Source of the DNA: Planktothrix sp. GU0601_MAG3
GTDB lineage: Bacteria > Cyanobacteriota > Cyanobacteriia > Cyanobacteriales > Microcoleaceae
Direction: 5' to 3'
Assembly: GCA_035193785.1 (NCBI GenBank)
Contig: CP136572.1
Span: 2,452,578-2,516,577 of the forward strand
Length of the DNA stretch: 64,000 nucleotides
Shown piece after piece: positions 24,566 through 36,098 of this stretch. Positions within the stretch are counted from its first letter, which is position 1. Every line of letters starts with the position of its first letter. Made by a program: the position numbers and the translations under genes. The notes under the pieces were generated by a model, which saw only the letters and a list, made by a program, of their open reading frames with translations, made no database searches and was not told the origin of the DNA.

Positions 24566-25996
24566 TTACACCAATTTATTCCGAATACCGATAAAATAGA
24601 AGGGTAAACCCAGGGCAATTGTTCCTAATCCGGCTAAGGATTCGAGGGGTTTATCCTGAAAAATAAATATTAGCATCCAAAGGCTAATTCCTAAAAAAAT
24701 GATCGGGGTTATTGGATATCCCCAAGTTTTATAGGGACGTGGGACATCGGGACGGCGAAAACGATGGACAAACACCCCTAAAACCGTGATTAATGAAGAT
24801 AGGGTTAGGGTAAATGCTAAATAGGTAATCACGGCTTGAAAGCTGGCGGTAATGATTAATATAATTACGATCGCTAGTTGTAAACATAGGGCATAATAGG
24901 GGATTCCATGTTGATTTTTTTGAGCCAAAATTTTAAATAAGGGAATATCTTCCCCGATAACTTGGGTAACTCTTGGCCCAGCTAATACCATGGAACTAAT
25001 GGAAGAAATTAGGCCAAATCCAATTAATAGTCCCATGATTTTTGCTCCCAGATTACCAAAAATTTGTTGGGCGACAATATAACCAATTTCTAATTGTCCG
25101 GCTAATTGTTCAATGGGTGTTGTATAGAGAAAAACAAAGTTCAAAAGCAGATATAAAATCGTAACTATTAATGTACCAATTAATAGGGATTTCGGTAAGT
25201 TTTTCTCCGGTTCCTTAATTTCACTAGCTAAATAAACCGCAGCATTCCAACCGGAATAGGAATAGGTAACATAAACTAAAGAAACGGCAAAAGATGAACT
25301 AAAAATTACCGAAATATCGCTGAAATGGGGTATAAATTCAATGGGTTGGGGGGTGGCTAAAGTTAACCCACTCAAAATAAAAACAATAATCAGGACAACT
25401 TTTAAAACCGTAAATCCCTGTTGAAACACACTGCTAATTTTCAGGGTTTGGGTATGAATCAGAGAGACTAATATTACTGCAATTAAAGCAATTATGGTGG
25501 GATAATTTAAACTAGGAAATACACTGGAGATATATTTTCCTAATGCCATGGCGGCGGCGGCAATGGGAGCGGCAAAACCAACGGAGACAGAAACCCATCC
25601 TGAGAGGAAACCAATCACCGGATGATAAATTTCCGAAAGATAATGATATTCACCCCCTGAGCGGGGCATAGCGGCTCCTAATTCCCCATAACACAAAGCA
25701 CCCGCCAGGGCAAAAATACCACCAATTAACCACAAAAATAAAATGGCAAAACCCGACTGAATATCAAGGACTTGAAACCCCAAACTGGTAAATACACCCG
25801 TTCCAATCATATTAGCAACCACAAGACAAATTGCTGTTGATAATGTGATTTTACCGGGGGATAAACTGGGTTTTTGTAAGGAATTAGAATCGTTCAAAAT
25901 TGTTGTGAAAAATAGGGAATAGGGAATGGGATTTAAAAGTATCCTAACTGTAATGGATGGTGCTATAGTGGTTTTTGGGGCGGGTTTCTGTATCAA
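24566..25996 (-). CDS. APC-family amino acid permease (true start probably downstream of 25996)
   Basis: NMIGTGVF, ELGAAMPRSGGEY, YSYSGW, RPYKTWGYP. Confidence 0.88.
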   Translation of the reverse strand: MIQKPAPKTTIAPSITVRILLNPIPYSLFFTTILNDSNSLQKPSLSPGKITLSTAICLVVANMIGTGVFTSLGFQVLDIQSGFAILFLWLIGGIFALAGALCYGELGAAMPRSGGEYHYLSEIYHPVIGFLSGWVSVSVGFAAPIAAAAMALGKYISSVFPSLNYPTIIALIAVILVSLIHTQTLKISSVFQQGFTVLKVVLIIVFILSGLTLATPQPIEFIPHFSDISVIFSSSFAVSLVYVTYSYSGWNAAVYLASEIKEPEKNLPKSLLIGTLIVTILYLLLNFVFLYTTPIEQLAGQLEIGYIVAQQIFGNLGAKIMGLLIGFGLISSISSMVLAGPRVTQVIGEDIPLFKILAQKNQHGIPYYALCLQLAIVIILIITASFQAVITYLAFTLTLSSLITVLGVFVHRFRRPDVPRPYKTWGYPITPIIFLGISLWMLIFIFQDKPLESLAGLGTIALGLPFYFIGIRNKLV

Positions 25997-26021
25997 TTTT
26001 GAATACCCTTCAACAGATAAT

Positions 26022-27402
26022 CTAAACCTGGCCCGATTGTAATTCTAAACACAACTGGCGGAAATGATCACCGCGATGTTCAAAACTTTGATATTGATCA
26101 AAACTGGCACAGGCGGGAGATAATAATACTACTTTCGCGCCTAATTTTGGAGCAATTTCAGAGGATCTGATAATTGCTTTTTCCATGGTTTCCACGATTT
26201 CAAAATTAGAGTAATTTTCTTCTGTTAACCGTTTGGCAAAGGCTTCAGCGGCATCTCCAATTAATAAAACCGAGACAGCTTTTGATTTAATTTGATTAAT
26301 CCAAGCCGTATCTTCTCCTTTTTTGGCTTCTCCTCCAGCTATTAAAATAACTGGGGCATCAACGGCCGATAATCCCACTTCGGCTGCGTCATAATTGGTG
26401 GCTTTACTATCATTAATCCAGTCAATTCCTTGCCAAGTGATAATATGTTCTAAACGATGGGAAACTCCAGGAAAGCTAGAAATTGCCTGACTAATTGCTG
26501 GGGTTTCTATTTTGGCTAATCGGGCGGTGGCGACGGCCATTAAAAGGTTTTGTTGATTATGACTTCCCACCATTTTTAAGGCATCTGCTTGAACTATTTG
26601 ATCCCCATTTTGCATCACCCAATTATTTTTAATATAAAATCCTAATTCGGGGTTAGCAACTAATTTTTCCTGCCCTAAAACACTTGTCCAATAGGCAGAA
26701 ATCCAGCGTTGATTGGCGGTTTCTCTTAAATAGGGATCATCCCCATTAATAATTTGTATTTGGGATTGATAGAGTAATTTAGCTTTAATATCATAATAGC
26801 GTTCTAGGGTGTAATGACGACTCAAATGATCGGGGGTGAAGGTTGTCCAAATGGCAATTTTAGGGGTTAAGGTTGAGGAGGATTCGATTTGATAACTACT
26901 AACTTCTGCTATGATCCAATCTAGGGGTTTTTCTATTCCTTGATATTCCTGTAGGGCTAATTCGCAGGCGGCATAACCAATATTGCCACAGGCGGGAGCG
27001 TTTAAACCAGCAGCTTGAAAAATTGCGGTAGTGAGGGCGGTGGTTGTGGTTTTTCCGTTGGTTTCCGGTAATACAAACCCAGGGCAAATGTCGCAGATTT
27101 CGCCAAGCTAATTCTAGTTCTCCGATGGTTTCTATGGCTAAATTTCGGGCGGCTTTTAACCCCGGACTATCCCAAGGAACCCCAGGACTAACTACGATTA
27201 AATCTAGGGAGGTATCGGGTTGAAAATTATGTCCTAATTCAACTTGAATTCCTTCGGTTTCTAATTGTTGTTTTTGGGTTTCTAGGGTTGGGGAGGAATT
27301 GCGATCGCTTAAAATTACATCCCATCCTTGTAATTTTAACAACCGGGCGGCGGCATTTCCCGATCTTCCTAAACCAATAATATGGACTTTCGGCATAGAC
27401 AA
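26022..27402 (-). CDS. murD: UDP-N-acetylmuramoyl-L-alanine-D-glutamate ligase (split by +1 at GTTTC 27061-27065)
   Basis: GLGRSG, VSPGVP, repaired [28 protein letters not shown]. Confidence 0.95.
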
Positions 27403-27445
27403 CTTAAAAATCCCTAGTAGATTGTTTTTGATTCTACTCGGATAT

Positions 27446-28137
27446 GTTTCAGTCCCGCAAGTGGGATTATTTTAATTGAAAGAAAAGTTTTCGGCGAATA
27501 TAATTCGCTACTACAAAAACAAAGTCCACCTGCGTGGACTCATAAAAATTAAGGTTTCTGAACCCACGAAGGTGGGTTTTCTCTGTGTAGCTGCGATTTC
27601 TAATCGCCAAAAAAAGAAAAGAAAGAAAAGTTTTCGGCGAATATAATTCGCTACTACAGAAACAAAGTCCACCTGCGTGGACTCATAAAAATTAAGGTTT
27701 CTGAAACCCACGAAGGTGGGTTTTCTCTGTGTAGCTGCGATTTCTAATCGCCAAAAAAAGAAAAGAAAGAAAAGTTTTCGGCGAATATAATTCGCTACTA
27801 CAGAAACAAAGTCCACCTGTGTGGACTCATAAAAATTAAGGTTTTTGAACCCACGAAGGTGGGTTTTGTCTGTGTAGCTGCGATTTCTAATCGCCAAAAA
27901 AAGAAAAGAAAGAAAAGAAAAGAAAGAAAAGTTTTCGGCGAATATAATTCGCTACTACAGAAACAAAGTCCACCTGCGTGGACTCATAAAAATTAAGGTT
28001 TTTGAACTCACGAAGGTGGGTTTTGTCTGTGTAGCTGCGATTTCTAATCGCCAAAAAAAGAAAAGTTAAGAGATCCTTTTCACCTAGAACAGAGTGATCC
28101 GTTTCAGTCCCGCAAGCGGGATTATTTTTATTGAAAC
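27446..28137 (-). CRISPR. Type I-D-like mini CRISPR array: two 37-bp repeats and one 40-nt spacer, interrupted by a tandem REP-like insert
   Basis: Repeats 27446-27482 GTTTCAGTCCCGCAAGTGGGATTATTTTAATTGAAAG and 28101-28137 GTTTCAGTCCCGCAAGCGGGATTATTTTTATTGAAAC; spacer 28061-28100; adjacent cas6. Confidence 0.88.
27490..28060. repeat. Four tandem copies (143-157 bp period) of a palindromic REP/REPIN-like element
   Basis: GGCGAATATAATTCGCTACTAC..GTCCACCTGCGTGGAC..AACCCACGAAGGTGGGTT..GTAGCTGCGATTTCTAATCGCC; units start near 27491, 27634, 27778, 27935. Confidence 0.9.
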
Positions 28138-28214
28138 TGTCTGGGATAATTTTGTTTGATTCATTATTGCTAATTCTGGTTTTTTTAGGATAGCAAAAAG
28201 AATTTTAAGGGAGT

Positions 28215-28294
28215 CTCAACATAAACCAAGACGCGCTCAACATAAACCAAGACGCGCTCAACATAAACCAAGACGCGCCATGGCACGTCTCTAC
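28215..28294. repeat. 3x 21-bp tandem plus REP hairpin supplying the cas6 stop codon
   Basis: CTCAACATAAACCAAGACGCG x3 then CCATGGCACGTCTCTAC. Confidence 0.8.
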
Positions 28295-29094
28295 GAAGTG
28301 ATTCTAGTTTGTCCCATTCCCATGGCGGTTTTACGACCGATGGCGGAGAAAAAGGCAAAATGGGCTAAAATATTAGCAATTTTTGCTTCTTGAGGGTCGG
28401 GAAATCGATATTTAATCCATCCTTTTGCCCCAATTTCTATGTTATTTTCCATTTTTAAAGTATGGGTTTCTAAACTATAGGCAGAAACAAAACCTTGCCA
28501 TGCGATCGCCTCCATTTTTTGTGCCTCCGGTGCAAAGGCATTCCATCGTTTCATCAGACTAGAAAATACTAATTCCGGTGAGGGGAAAAGTTGCACATAT
28601 TTTTGCTGCTTAAAACTGGTGGGAGAAAGAAACTCTAAGGTAATATCATCAGAACTTTTTGGCAGTTTTGCTAACATTTGATAATCCCCCGAACCGACCC
28701 AAGGATGAGTACCCGGCAAGGAATGAATACCTTTAATAATAAAAGGAAATTTAGCTAAAGTTAGCGGTTCACTCCCCCATTGTTCAATGCCACTTAATAG
28801 GGGTTCTATCAGGCTTCCATTTAATAAACCAATGCGGAAATAAAACTCATCTCCCGAGCGAATTACAGAGGCACGACGATGACCGATTAAATCCGATAAA
28901 CTTATGGGAGAATCCTGACTATTATGGACATATTCAGAGGCATTCGGATCGCCCATTTGTAACCAATATAAAACTTGAGCATGGATGGCACGCCCTAAAG
29001 TTGGAGGTAAATAACCCCGATTAATAGCGGCTATTTGGACAACGATCGCATATAAATTAAAAGATTTCTCAGACTGCAACGGTATTAGCTCCAT
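28291..29094 (-). CDS. cas6: CRISPR pre-crRNA processing endoribonuclease Cas6
   Basis: GRAIHA, F.SPTSF, C-terminal Gly loop AIGRKTAMGMGQ; ORF intact. Confidence 0.92.
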   Translation of the reverse strand: MELIPLQSEKSFNLYAIVVQIAAINRGYLPPTLGRAIHAQVLYWLQMGDPNASEYVHNSQDSPISLSDLIGHRRASVIRSGDEFYFRIGLLNGSLIEPLLSGIEQWGSEPLTLAKFPFIIKGIHSLPGTHPWVGSGDYQMLAKLPKSSDDITLEFLSPTSFKQQKYVQLFPSPELVFSSLMKRWNAFAPEAQKMEAIAWQGFVSAYSLETHTLKMENNIEIGAKGWIKYRFPDPQEAKIANILAHFAFFSAIGRKTAMGMGQTRITS

Positions 29095-29610
29095 AAGCCA
29101 CTCCTAAAGGTAAATTGATCGGAAAAGATAACTCGGTTAATTGTGACCATTTTGCCATTTATTGCCCCCGATCTGGTCTTAATATTTTTAAATATTCGCC
29201 GATAAGTTGTGCCTGACTTATAATTCCTTAGCTCGACCATAGTTAATTGGATAGTTGCGGCTTGCCCCTGTCGCCCCAAATTGTTTGGAAATTCCATAGT
29301 AATTTACTTGCGCCACTTTAAAGTTATTAATTTGATAGGAACAGCGAAAAGGTTGGGCGGGAAAAAGTTAAATTTGAGCTTAATTGAGATGGAGTAAATT
29401 TTGTTCGCGATCGCCATCTAAATAAGCAGGTTTTTGAGCATTTTTCCCATGCAGTCGATAGGGTTTAGGAATATAAACCGCCTCAAATAACGCATGACTT
29501 AATGCCCAATTATGCAAATATTTTTCCGTTTCATAAAGAATCCCCATTTCCCGACTCGCAAAAAAAACATTATCATGCAAAGTCAAATGACAATGATAAA
29601 GAAGCATCAA
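29069..29610 (-). pseudogene. csc1: Type I-D Cas5/Csc1 pseudogene
   Basis: LTLHDNVFFASREMG..YETEKYLHNWALS; read-through NLLHLN*AQI*LFPAQP...NYPINYGRAKEL* then shifted SQAQLIGEY...LPLGVAYGANTVAV*: several stops and an internal deletion. Confidence 0.85.
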
Positions 29611-29632
29611 ATTTTCCTCAAAATTTTTATAC

Positions 29633-29722
29633 AGGACTTACGCAAAACAACCATATCTAGTAGGGAAGAAAGGCCGTTCGCCCCTATAGATGGTGTATAA
29701 TTGGGTATTCTGCGTAAGTCCT
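29633..29722. mobile_element. MITE-like element with 12-bp TIR AGGACTTACGCA enclosing a REP hairpin
   Basis: AGGACTTACGCA...TGCGTAAGTCCT; shorter sibling at 41396-41442. Confidence 0.7.
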
Positions 29723-29990
29723 AATTAAGCAAGAAGCCCTGGCCATCTGTTAACAATAATTCTGGGAATAAAAGAAAGCCCTGAAGGGCTTACTACAAGG
29801 ACGGGGTTTTAAACCCAATTTTCTGATAAAAACTAATCAAACTTCCAATACCTGTTCCACCGTTAACACTAATTAACTAAGTTGTTTAATTTGTGTGGTC
29901 AACACAACAAATAGGACTTAAACAAAAGTTGGTGTAGCCTTATGTTTTAACCTGTGGGAAACTGGATAATGTCAATCATAAAGCTATACG

Positions 29991-30765
29991 ATGAATATTA
30001 TTCCAGCCATTGATTTATTAGACGGACGCTGTGTACGGTTATATCAAGGAGATTATAACCAAGCTCAAACTTTTAATGAAGATCCGATTGCGGTTGCTCA
30101 AGACTGGGTAGAAACAAGGAGCAACCCGTCTACATTTAGTGGATTTAGATGGGGCAAAAACCGGACAACCAACCAATTATCATATTATTGAAGCGATCGC
30201 TAATAGCATTAATATTCCGGTGCAGGTCGGGGGAGGATTACGCAACCGAGATAACGTCGCTACTCTCTTAAATTTAGGCGTAGAACGGGCAATTTTAGGA
30301 ACTGTTGCCGTTGAAAATCCGAAGTTAATCGCGGAATTATGTGCAGAGTTTCCGGGTCATATTGCGGTGGGAATTGATGCAAGAAATGGCAAAGTTGCGA
30401 CAAAAGGATGGTTAGAAACCTCGGAAGTTTTAGCGACGGATTTAGCTGAACAAATGGCACAATTAGGGGTATCTGCTATTATTTATACTGATATTCACCG
30501 GGACGGAACCCTAACGGGGCCGAATCTGGAGGCGTTACGAGAAATTGCTAATATTGTTGCAATTCCGGTGATTGCTTCTGGGGGAGTCAGTTCAATTACG
30601 GATTTATTAAGTTTATTATCCCTGGAACCTTTAGGGGTAACGGATGTAATTGTGGGACGGGCTATCTATACCGGGGATATTAATTTAAAGGAGGCAATTC
30701 AAGCCGTCGGTCAAGGACGATGGCAAGATGTTCCCCTAGATTTGGGTAACTCGACTTTTGCTTAA
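29991..30765 (+). CDS. hisA: ProFAR isomerase HisA (split by +1 at GAAAC 30111-30115)
   Basis: [15 protein letters not shown], repaired [29 protein letters not shown]. Confidence 0.95.
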
Positions 30766-30798
30766 GATTTAGGGTTGAAATATTTCTCCAGAACGGGT

Positions 30799-32707
30799 TT
30801 ATATGGGCCAGGCTTTAACCCGTTCTTGTTGCCATTTAAACGAGGAAAATTCCGCAATATATTGAGTGGCATCGATAGTATTTAAGGGTTTTGAGAATAG
30901 AAATCCTTGCCCCCATTCACAACCTAATAAGGAGAGTTGATTCAGTTGAGATTTGGTTTCAATCCCTTCGGCTACCACATCCATTCCCAATCCATGAGCC
31001 AAGGTAATAATAGTTCTAATTAATTCAATTTCTCCTTGATTTGAACCAATCCGACGCACAAAAGAGCGATCAATTTTTAAGGTATCAATCGGAAATTCAT
31101 GGAGACGATTTAGAGAAGAATATCCCATGCCAAAATCATCAATACAAAATTGAATCCCCAAATTTTTTAACTGTCTCAAGACCTCTGTATAATGAGATCC
31201 TGTTTTCAGCAATGAGCTTTCTGTAATCTCAAATTTGATTTGATCTCCTTTAATCTTAAAGTCTAATAATAGTTCTTGGACTTGTTCAGCGAAACAAGGG
31301 ATCATTAATTGTTGGGGAGATACATTAACATTAATGGTAATTTCTGAAAAACCCGGGAATTGTTTTTGCCAACTTTCAATTTGATTTAGGGCTGTTTTAA
31401 TTACCCATAAACCTAACTCAATAATTAATCCCGTTTCTTCAGCAACGGGAATAAATTGATCCGGGGAAATCATTCCTTTTTGGGGGTGATGCCAACGAAT
31501 CAGGGCTTCAAACCCTAATTTTCCCGAGGTGAGAAGGGAAAGAATCGGTTGATAGTAGAGAGAAAATTCTTGATTTTGAATTGCCCGTCTTAGGTCATTT
31601 TCTAATAGTAAACAACTGATGGCTTTTTGTTGCAGTTTCACTGGTTAATAGTTGATAACAGCCTTTGCCATTAGCTTTAGCGGCATACATCGCTACATCG
31701 GCATCTCGCAAAATATCTTCGGGGTAATCATATCCAAAATGGCTAAATGTAATGCCAATACTTCCCCCAATATAGACTTCGTATTGATTTAATTTAAAAA
31801 CAGGATTTAATACCGCTAAAATAGTTTGAGCAATGGTAATTACCTCTTGATTATCGGTAAAATTTTCTACAATAATTACAAATTCATCCCCACCCAAACG
31901 AGCAAATTTCAGGTTGGGGGTTAAGCAGGACTGTAACCTTTGAGCCACCTGTTTTAATAGTTGATCACCTAATAAATGACCTAAACTATCATTAACAACA
32001 TTGAAACGATCTAAGTCTAAAAACAAGACCCCATATTGATAATTGGAGTCCGTTTTAGTCTGTTCAATTAAGGTTTGAAGCTGATTAATAGACCAAGCTC
32101 GATTCGGGAGTCCCGTGAGGGGATCATGATAGGCTTTATGGTGTAGTTGTTGTTCTCTATCTAATAGTTTTTTCTGGGCTTGTTGTAATTCTTGTAGGGT
32201 TTGTTGCAATTGGTCGGTACGTTCTTCTACTCGTTTTTCTAGTTCTGTATTTAGTTGATACAATGCTTTTTCTACTTGCTTTTTTTGATGAATTTCATGC
32301 TTTAATTGGGTATTTAAAGTATGAAGTTTTAAGTGCAGATTAATCCTGGCTATAATTTCACTTTGATCAAAAGGTTTGGTAATATAGTCTACGGCTCCTA
32401 ATTTTAATCCTTTGACTTTCTCCTGGGATTGGCTTAAGGCGGTGATAAAAATAATCGGGATTTCTGCGTAGGTTGGATCAGCTTTCAAATAAGCGCAAAT
32501 CTCAAATCCGTCCCAGTCCGAGATCATGATATCTAATAGGATTAAATCTGGAGTGTTTTGATTGATTATTTCCAAGCCCGTTTGTCCATTTAAGGCTGTC
32601 CAAACTTCAAATCCGGCATAATCAAGAAGTTCAGATAATACATCAAGATTGATTGAATTATCATCAATAATTAAAATTCTGTTTCTGGGTTTTACGGAGG
32701 TATTCAT
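30799..32707 (-). CDS. REC-GGDEF-EAL signalling protein (split by +1 at GTTTC 31635-31639)
   Basis: REC domain (IIDD, DLILLD, KPF), LGGDEF, FEALIRW, IDDFGMGYSSL. Confidence 0.9.
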
Positions 32708-33055
32708 AATAACTATACTCCTATGGGATATTCTTAAACTCAGCCGGAATTTTGCTGAAAAAGGATATAGGTTTTGGCAAGGTTTTGATTTCGCACTGAT
32801 ATAAAAAGTAGAGGATGAAATTTTCGATCCTCAAATATTTCTAGGCTTTTTGTTGCGATGTCACTTGTGAGACTTAAGGGGGGTGGCTATAGAAAACTGT
32901 CAGATAGACGAACAGGATCAAGATCAAAGGCAATTACGAGTTTTTTTAATGATCTGGTTAGCTCATGTTTAACAGATATTAATTAATTAACACACTCGGA
33001 GAATAAAAGCAAGAATGCCCAAAAATTCTCTACCATGGAATCACACTTTTAGCCG

Positions 33056-34241
33056 TTAACGGGTGTTTGAGATCAAACGCCTGGGGGACAATTGTGTGAT
33101 GATGAAATCGGGTTGTCCTGTAATCAAGTTTGCAAATCGTTTGGCTAACGGGGGAATAAACACCAAGGGATTACTAAACCCCGAAAACATAAAGATTTGA
33201 TCAAAATTTGCCACCGCACCAATTAAGGGTAGACTATCGGAACTAAAAGCTACTAAACAATGATAGCAAATTGCGGGTAAATTAGCTAAGGCGGGTAAAA
33301 TTGTAGCGATTTCTTGACGAATTAAAGCTTCACTTTCGGCGAGGTTTACCGTCCCATTAACATCGCTTAAAGCCCGAGAAGGTTGACCGATTCTGATGCG
33401 ACCATCGAGTAACTGGGCGGCACTTTTATCGATCATAAATGGGGTTAATTCCTGGCCAGGTTGTTCCCATAAAGGTTCTAATTCGGGTTGGGTGGCTTTG
33501 GCTTCGAGTTGGAAACGTTCCATGGTTGCTGACATGACAATGGTTTGTAATCTTAAATCCACTGGTGGGGTTTCCAGAATTTCGGTATGGGTGAAATAAA
33601 TCGGAACAGAAATCCCGGCATTTTTTAATAGCTGACGGGTGAATCCCCCCGCACAAATTGCCACATTTTCAGCCAGATATTCTCCTAAACGGGTTTGAAT
33701 ATTAACGGCTTGATTTTGCAGAGGATTAATCTGTAAAACTTTATCGATAATTTGGGTTTCCCCCTAAATTTTTAAAGTTTTGAAGATATCCATTATTCAG
33801 ATGTTCTGGGGAAATTTGACCATGGCGAACGGTAAAGGCGCCACCGATACCATTAGGATTTAATAGGGGTTCTAATTTACAGGCTTCTTGAATGGTGATT
33901 AATTCAGGGGGTGTGGCAAAATTGCGATAGTTTTGAGCCAGAATTTCTGGATCAGTAGCGCGATTAAAGGGTAAAACTAAATCTAATTCTCTTAACTCCG
34001 TATTTACCCCTAATTCTTGGGATAGGATTTGGTGATATTTTTTGCCTTCCTCGCATAATGTTCGGGTGAGTTCCGTTGTTCCTGACCAATAAGCTAAACC
34101 TCCATAGCTATAGCGAGTTGCACCCGTTAGCATAGGATTTGGATCTAATAAAAGTACCTTAAATCCTTTTTTAGCTAATTCATAACTGAGTGCAGAACCT
34201 GTAATTCCAGCCCCAACTACAATCCAATCATAAGTGTTCAT
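33056..34241 (-). CDS. FAD-dependent oxidoreductase, DAO family (split by +1 at GTTTC 33756-33760)
   Basis: VVGAGITG, ATRYSYGG, DSLPLIG. Confidence 0.85.
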
Positions 34242-34481
34242 GGAATTTTCTTGATAGCTGCAAAATTTTTAGTAGACTCCTGACCTATTATACAATCAAT
34301 GCAGGTTCTATACAATTTATTTAAAATTCCTATAGGTTTGAATCAGATTAATTATTTTAAATTTGAAATTTGAAAGTAAAACTGCTTATAATAAAATCAG
34401 TTTTCACACTCAAATCATAAAAATTATGATTCATAATTGATTCATAATTCCTCAACAATAAACCCAAATAAGAGTTTTACA

Positions 34482-35091
34482 ATGTCTAAAACACAACCAT
34501 ATCAACCTTTGTTTCTGAGAGTTTCCCATGCTTTAAATGCTTTTTTGGTTCTGGGTGCTTTCCTGACTGGATTTTTGGTTTATGATAGCTATGATCGGCA
34601 ATTTGGTGGCTTAGGATTAACCACAGAAAAGCGCAGTTTAATTGATATTCATGGAAACCTTTGGATTTTTCTTGTTGTTTGTTTATTTGATTTTTGTAGT
34701 TTATAGTTTAATAGCCCAAAGAAAAAAGTTAATTCAAAGAAATACACTGCAAACATTAACTCAAATCAATAAACCCGCTTGGTGGTATACCCTGCTTAGG
34801 ATTGGTAATACTTTAGCTTTAATTGCGGTGGCATTAGCGGTAATTTCAGGAAAGTTTCAAGAAGAAGAATGGCTTGTTAATGGAGAAATTAATCACCTAT
34901 GGTATTTTCTGCATTTAATCGCTTGGGTGATAATTTTATTTTCGATTATGATTCATGTTTTAATGGCAATCAAAGTCGGAGGTATGCCATTAATTATTTC
35001 TATGTTTAATACCCATTATCAACCCCAGGATCATCCTAAATTCTGGTTTGGAAATGTTAAAAATTGGTTTTATCGGGTTTTAAATAAATAG
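34482..35091 (+). CDS. Cytochrome b/b6-domain membrane protein (split by +1 at GAAAC 34654-34658)
   Basis: YQPLFLRVSH, repaired DIHGTFG, His residues in TM helices. Confidence 0.75.
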
Positions 35092-35399
35092 GATCACGGA
35101 TTTAAGAGGATTACGCAGATTAACGCGGATTAAAATCCGTGAAATCCTCTTTTAAATAAATAGGATCACGGATTTAAGAGGATTACGCAGATTAACGCGG
35201 ATTAAAATCCGTGAAATCCTCTTTTAAATAAATAGGATCACGGATTTAAGAGGATTACGCAGATTAACGCGGATTAAAATCTGTGAAATCCGTGAAATCC
35301 TCTTTTAAATAAATAGGATCACGGATTTAAGAGGATGACGCAGATTAACACGGATTAAAATCTGTGAAATCCGTGAAATCCTCTTAAATCCGCGATCCC
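35078..35399. repeat. Four tandem 72-81-bp units of an inverted-repeat element
   Basis: GGATCACGGATTTAAGAGGAT at 35091, 35163, 35235, 35316; complementary end ATCCTCTTAAATCCGCGATCC at 35379-35399. Confidence 0.9.
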
Positions 35400-35404
35400 G
35401 TTTC

Positions 35405-36098
35405 CTAACAATATTTAGAGATATCTTCGTGACATTCATCAGCCAGATAACACAGTGCCCGGAAACGTAATCCGGTAAATTGTTCGTATAAAGGATTTAG
35501 TTTACACATGGGGGGAATATGAACAATTTTGCGTCCAAATATAATTAGATCTCGTTCAAAAGGACACTGGGGCGGAATCAATTTACAGACAGCATGAGCC
35601 ACCTTAGAATCATGAATTTCCAAGTCATCCAGCCAATGTTTAACCGGGGAGAGAACATCAATATGATGGTCATGGGGGCTATGATCAATACAAACCTGTG
35701 GTAACTCCCCCGATTGAATTTTAGACAAATCTTGTAAGGTTTTTCGCAATGTATCCAAGGCCTCAATTTTGAGGTTTAATGCTTGACAAAATTGATGTAA
35801 TAAATCATCCTCACAAATGGAGTAAATTCCATCGGCTAAAGCCACCATTACAGCCGTTCTCAGGAAGTTTTCTGCTAGTTTAGGATTAGTTCCTAAAATA
35901 GAGCCTAACTCCTCGGGTGAAATTGGCTCTAAACTATCAACATTAGTAACAGCGACTAATTCATCATGGGTTAACGCATCAATTAATTGATGTTCGTCTT
36001 CATCAAAATTGCCATCCGCCCAAGCTAGGGTTAAAAGTCCACGCATCCACGCCAGACTTTGTTTCTGTAGTGTATGGAATTTGGGATGTGCTAGTCAT
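35405..36098 (-). CDS. TerB-like + 'Mo-dependent nitrogenase C-terminal' domain protein (split by +1 at GTTTC 36061-36065)
   Basis: RGLL.LAWADG, CKLIPPQCPFERD, PPMCKLNPLY; repair gives MTSTSQIPYTTEQSLAWMRG. Confidence 0.85.

Noticed and set aside
27490..28060. Tandem units as a CRISPR array, or ORF 27511..27897 as a protein
   Set aside because: Units are near-identical with no unique spacers; the ORF is just translated repeat.
27446..28137. GTTTC/GAAAC at CRISPR repeat ends as artefacts
   Set aside because: GTTTC starts both copies, both are 37 bp, and it is the normal I-D repeat terminus.
29085..29297. Independent 70-aa gene
   Set aside because: Alternative frame over the csc1 pseudogene.
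35078..35399. CRISPR array (72-bp period)
   Set aside because: The whole unit repeats with no variable spacers and no repeat-like terminus.
35405..36098. Evidence of nitrogen fixation
   Set aside because: The domain name is misleading; the family is common in non-diazotrophs and no nif genes are present.
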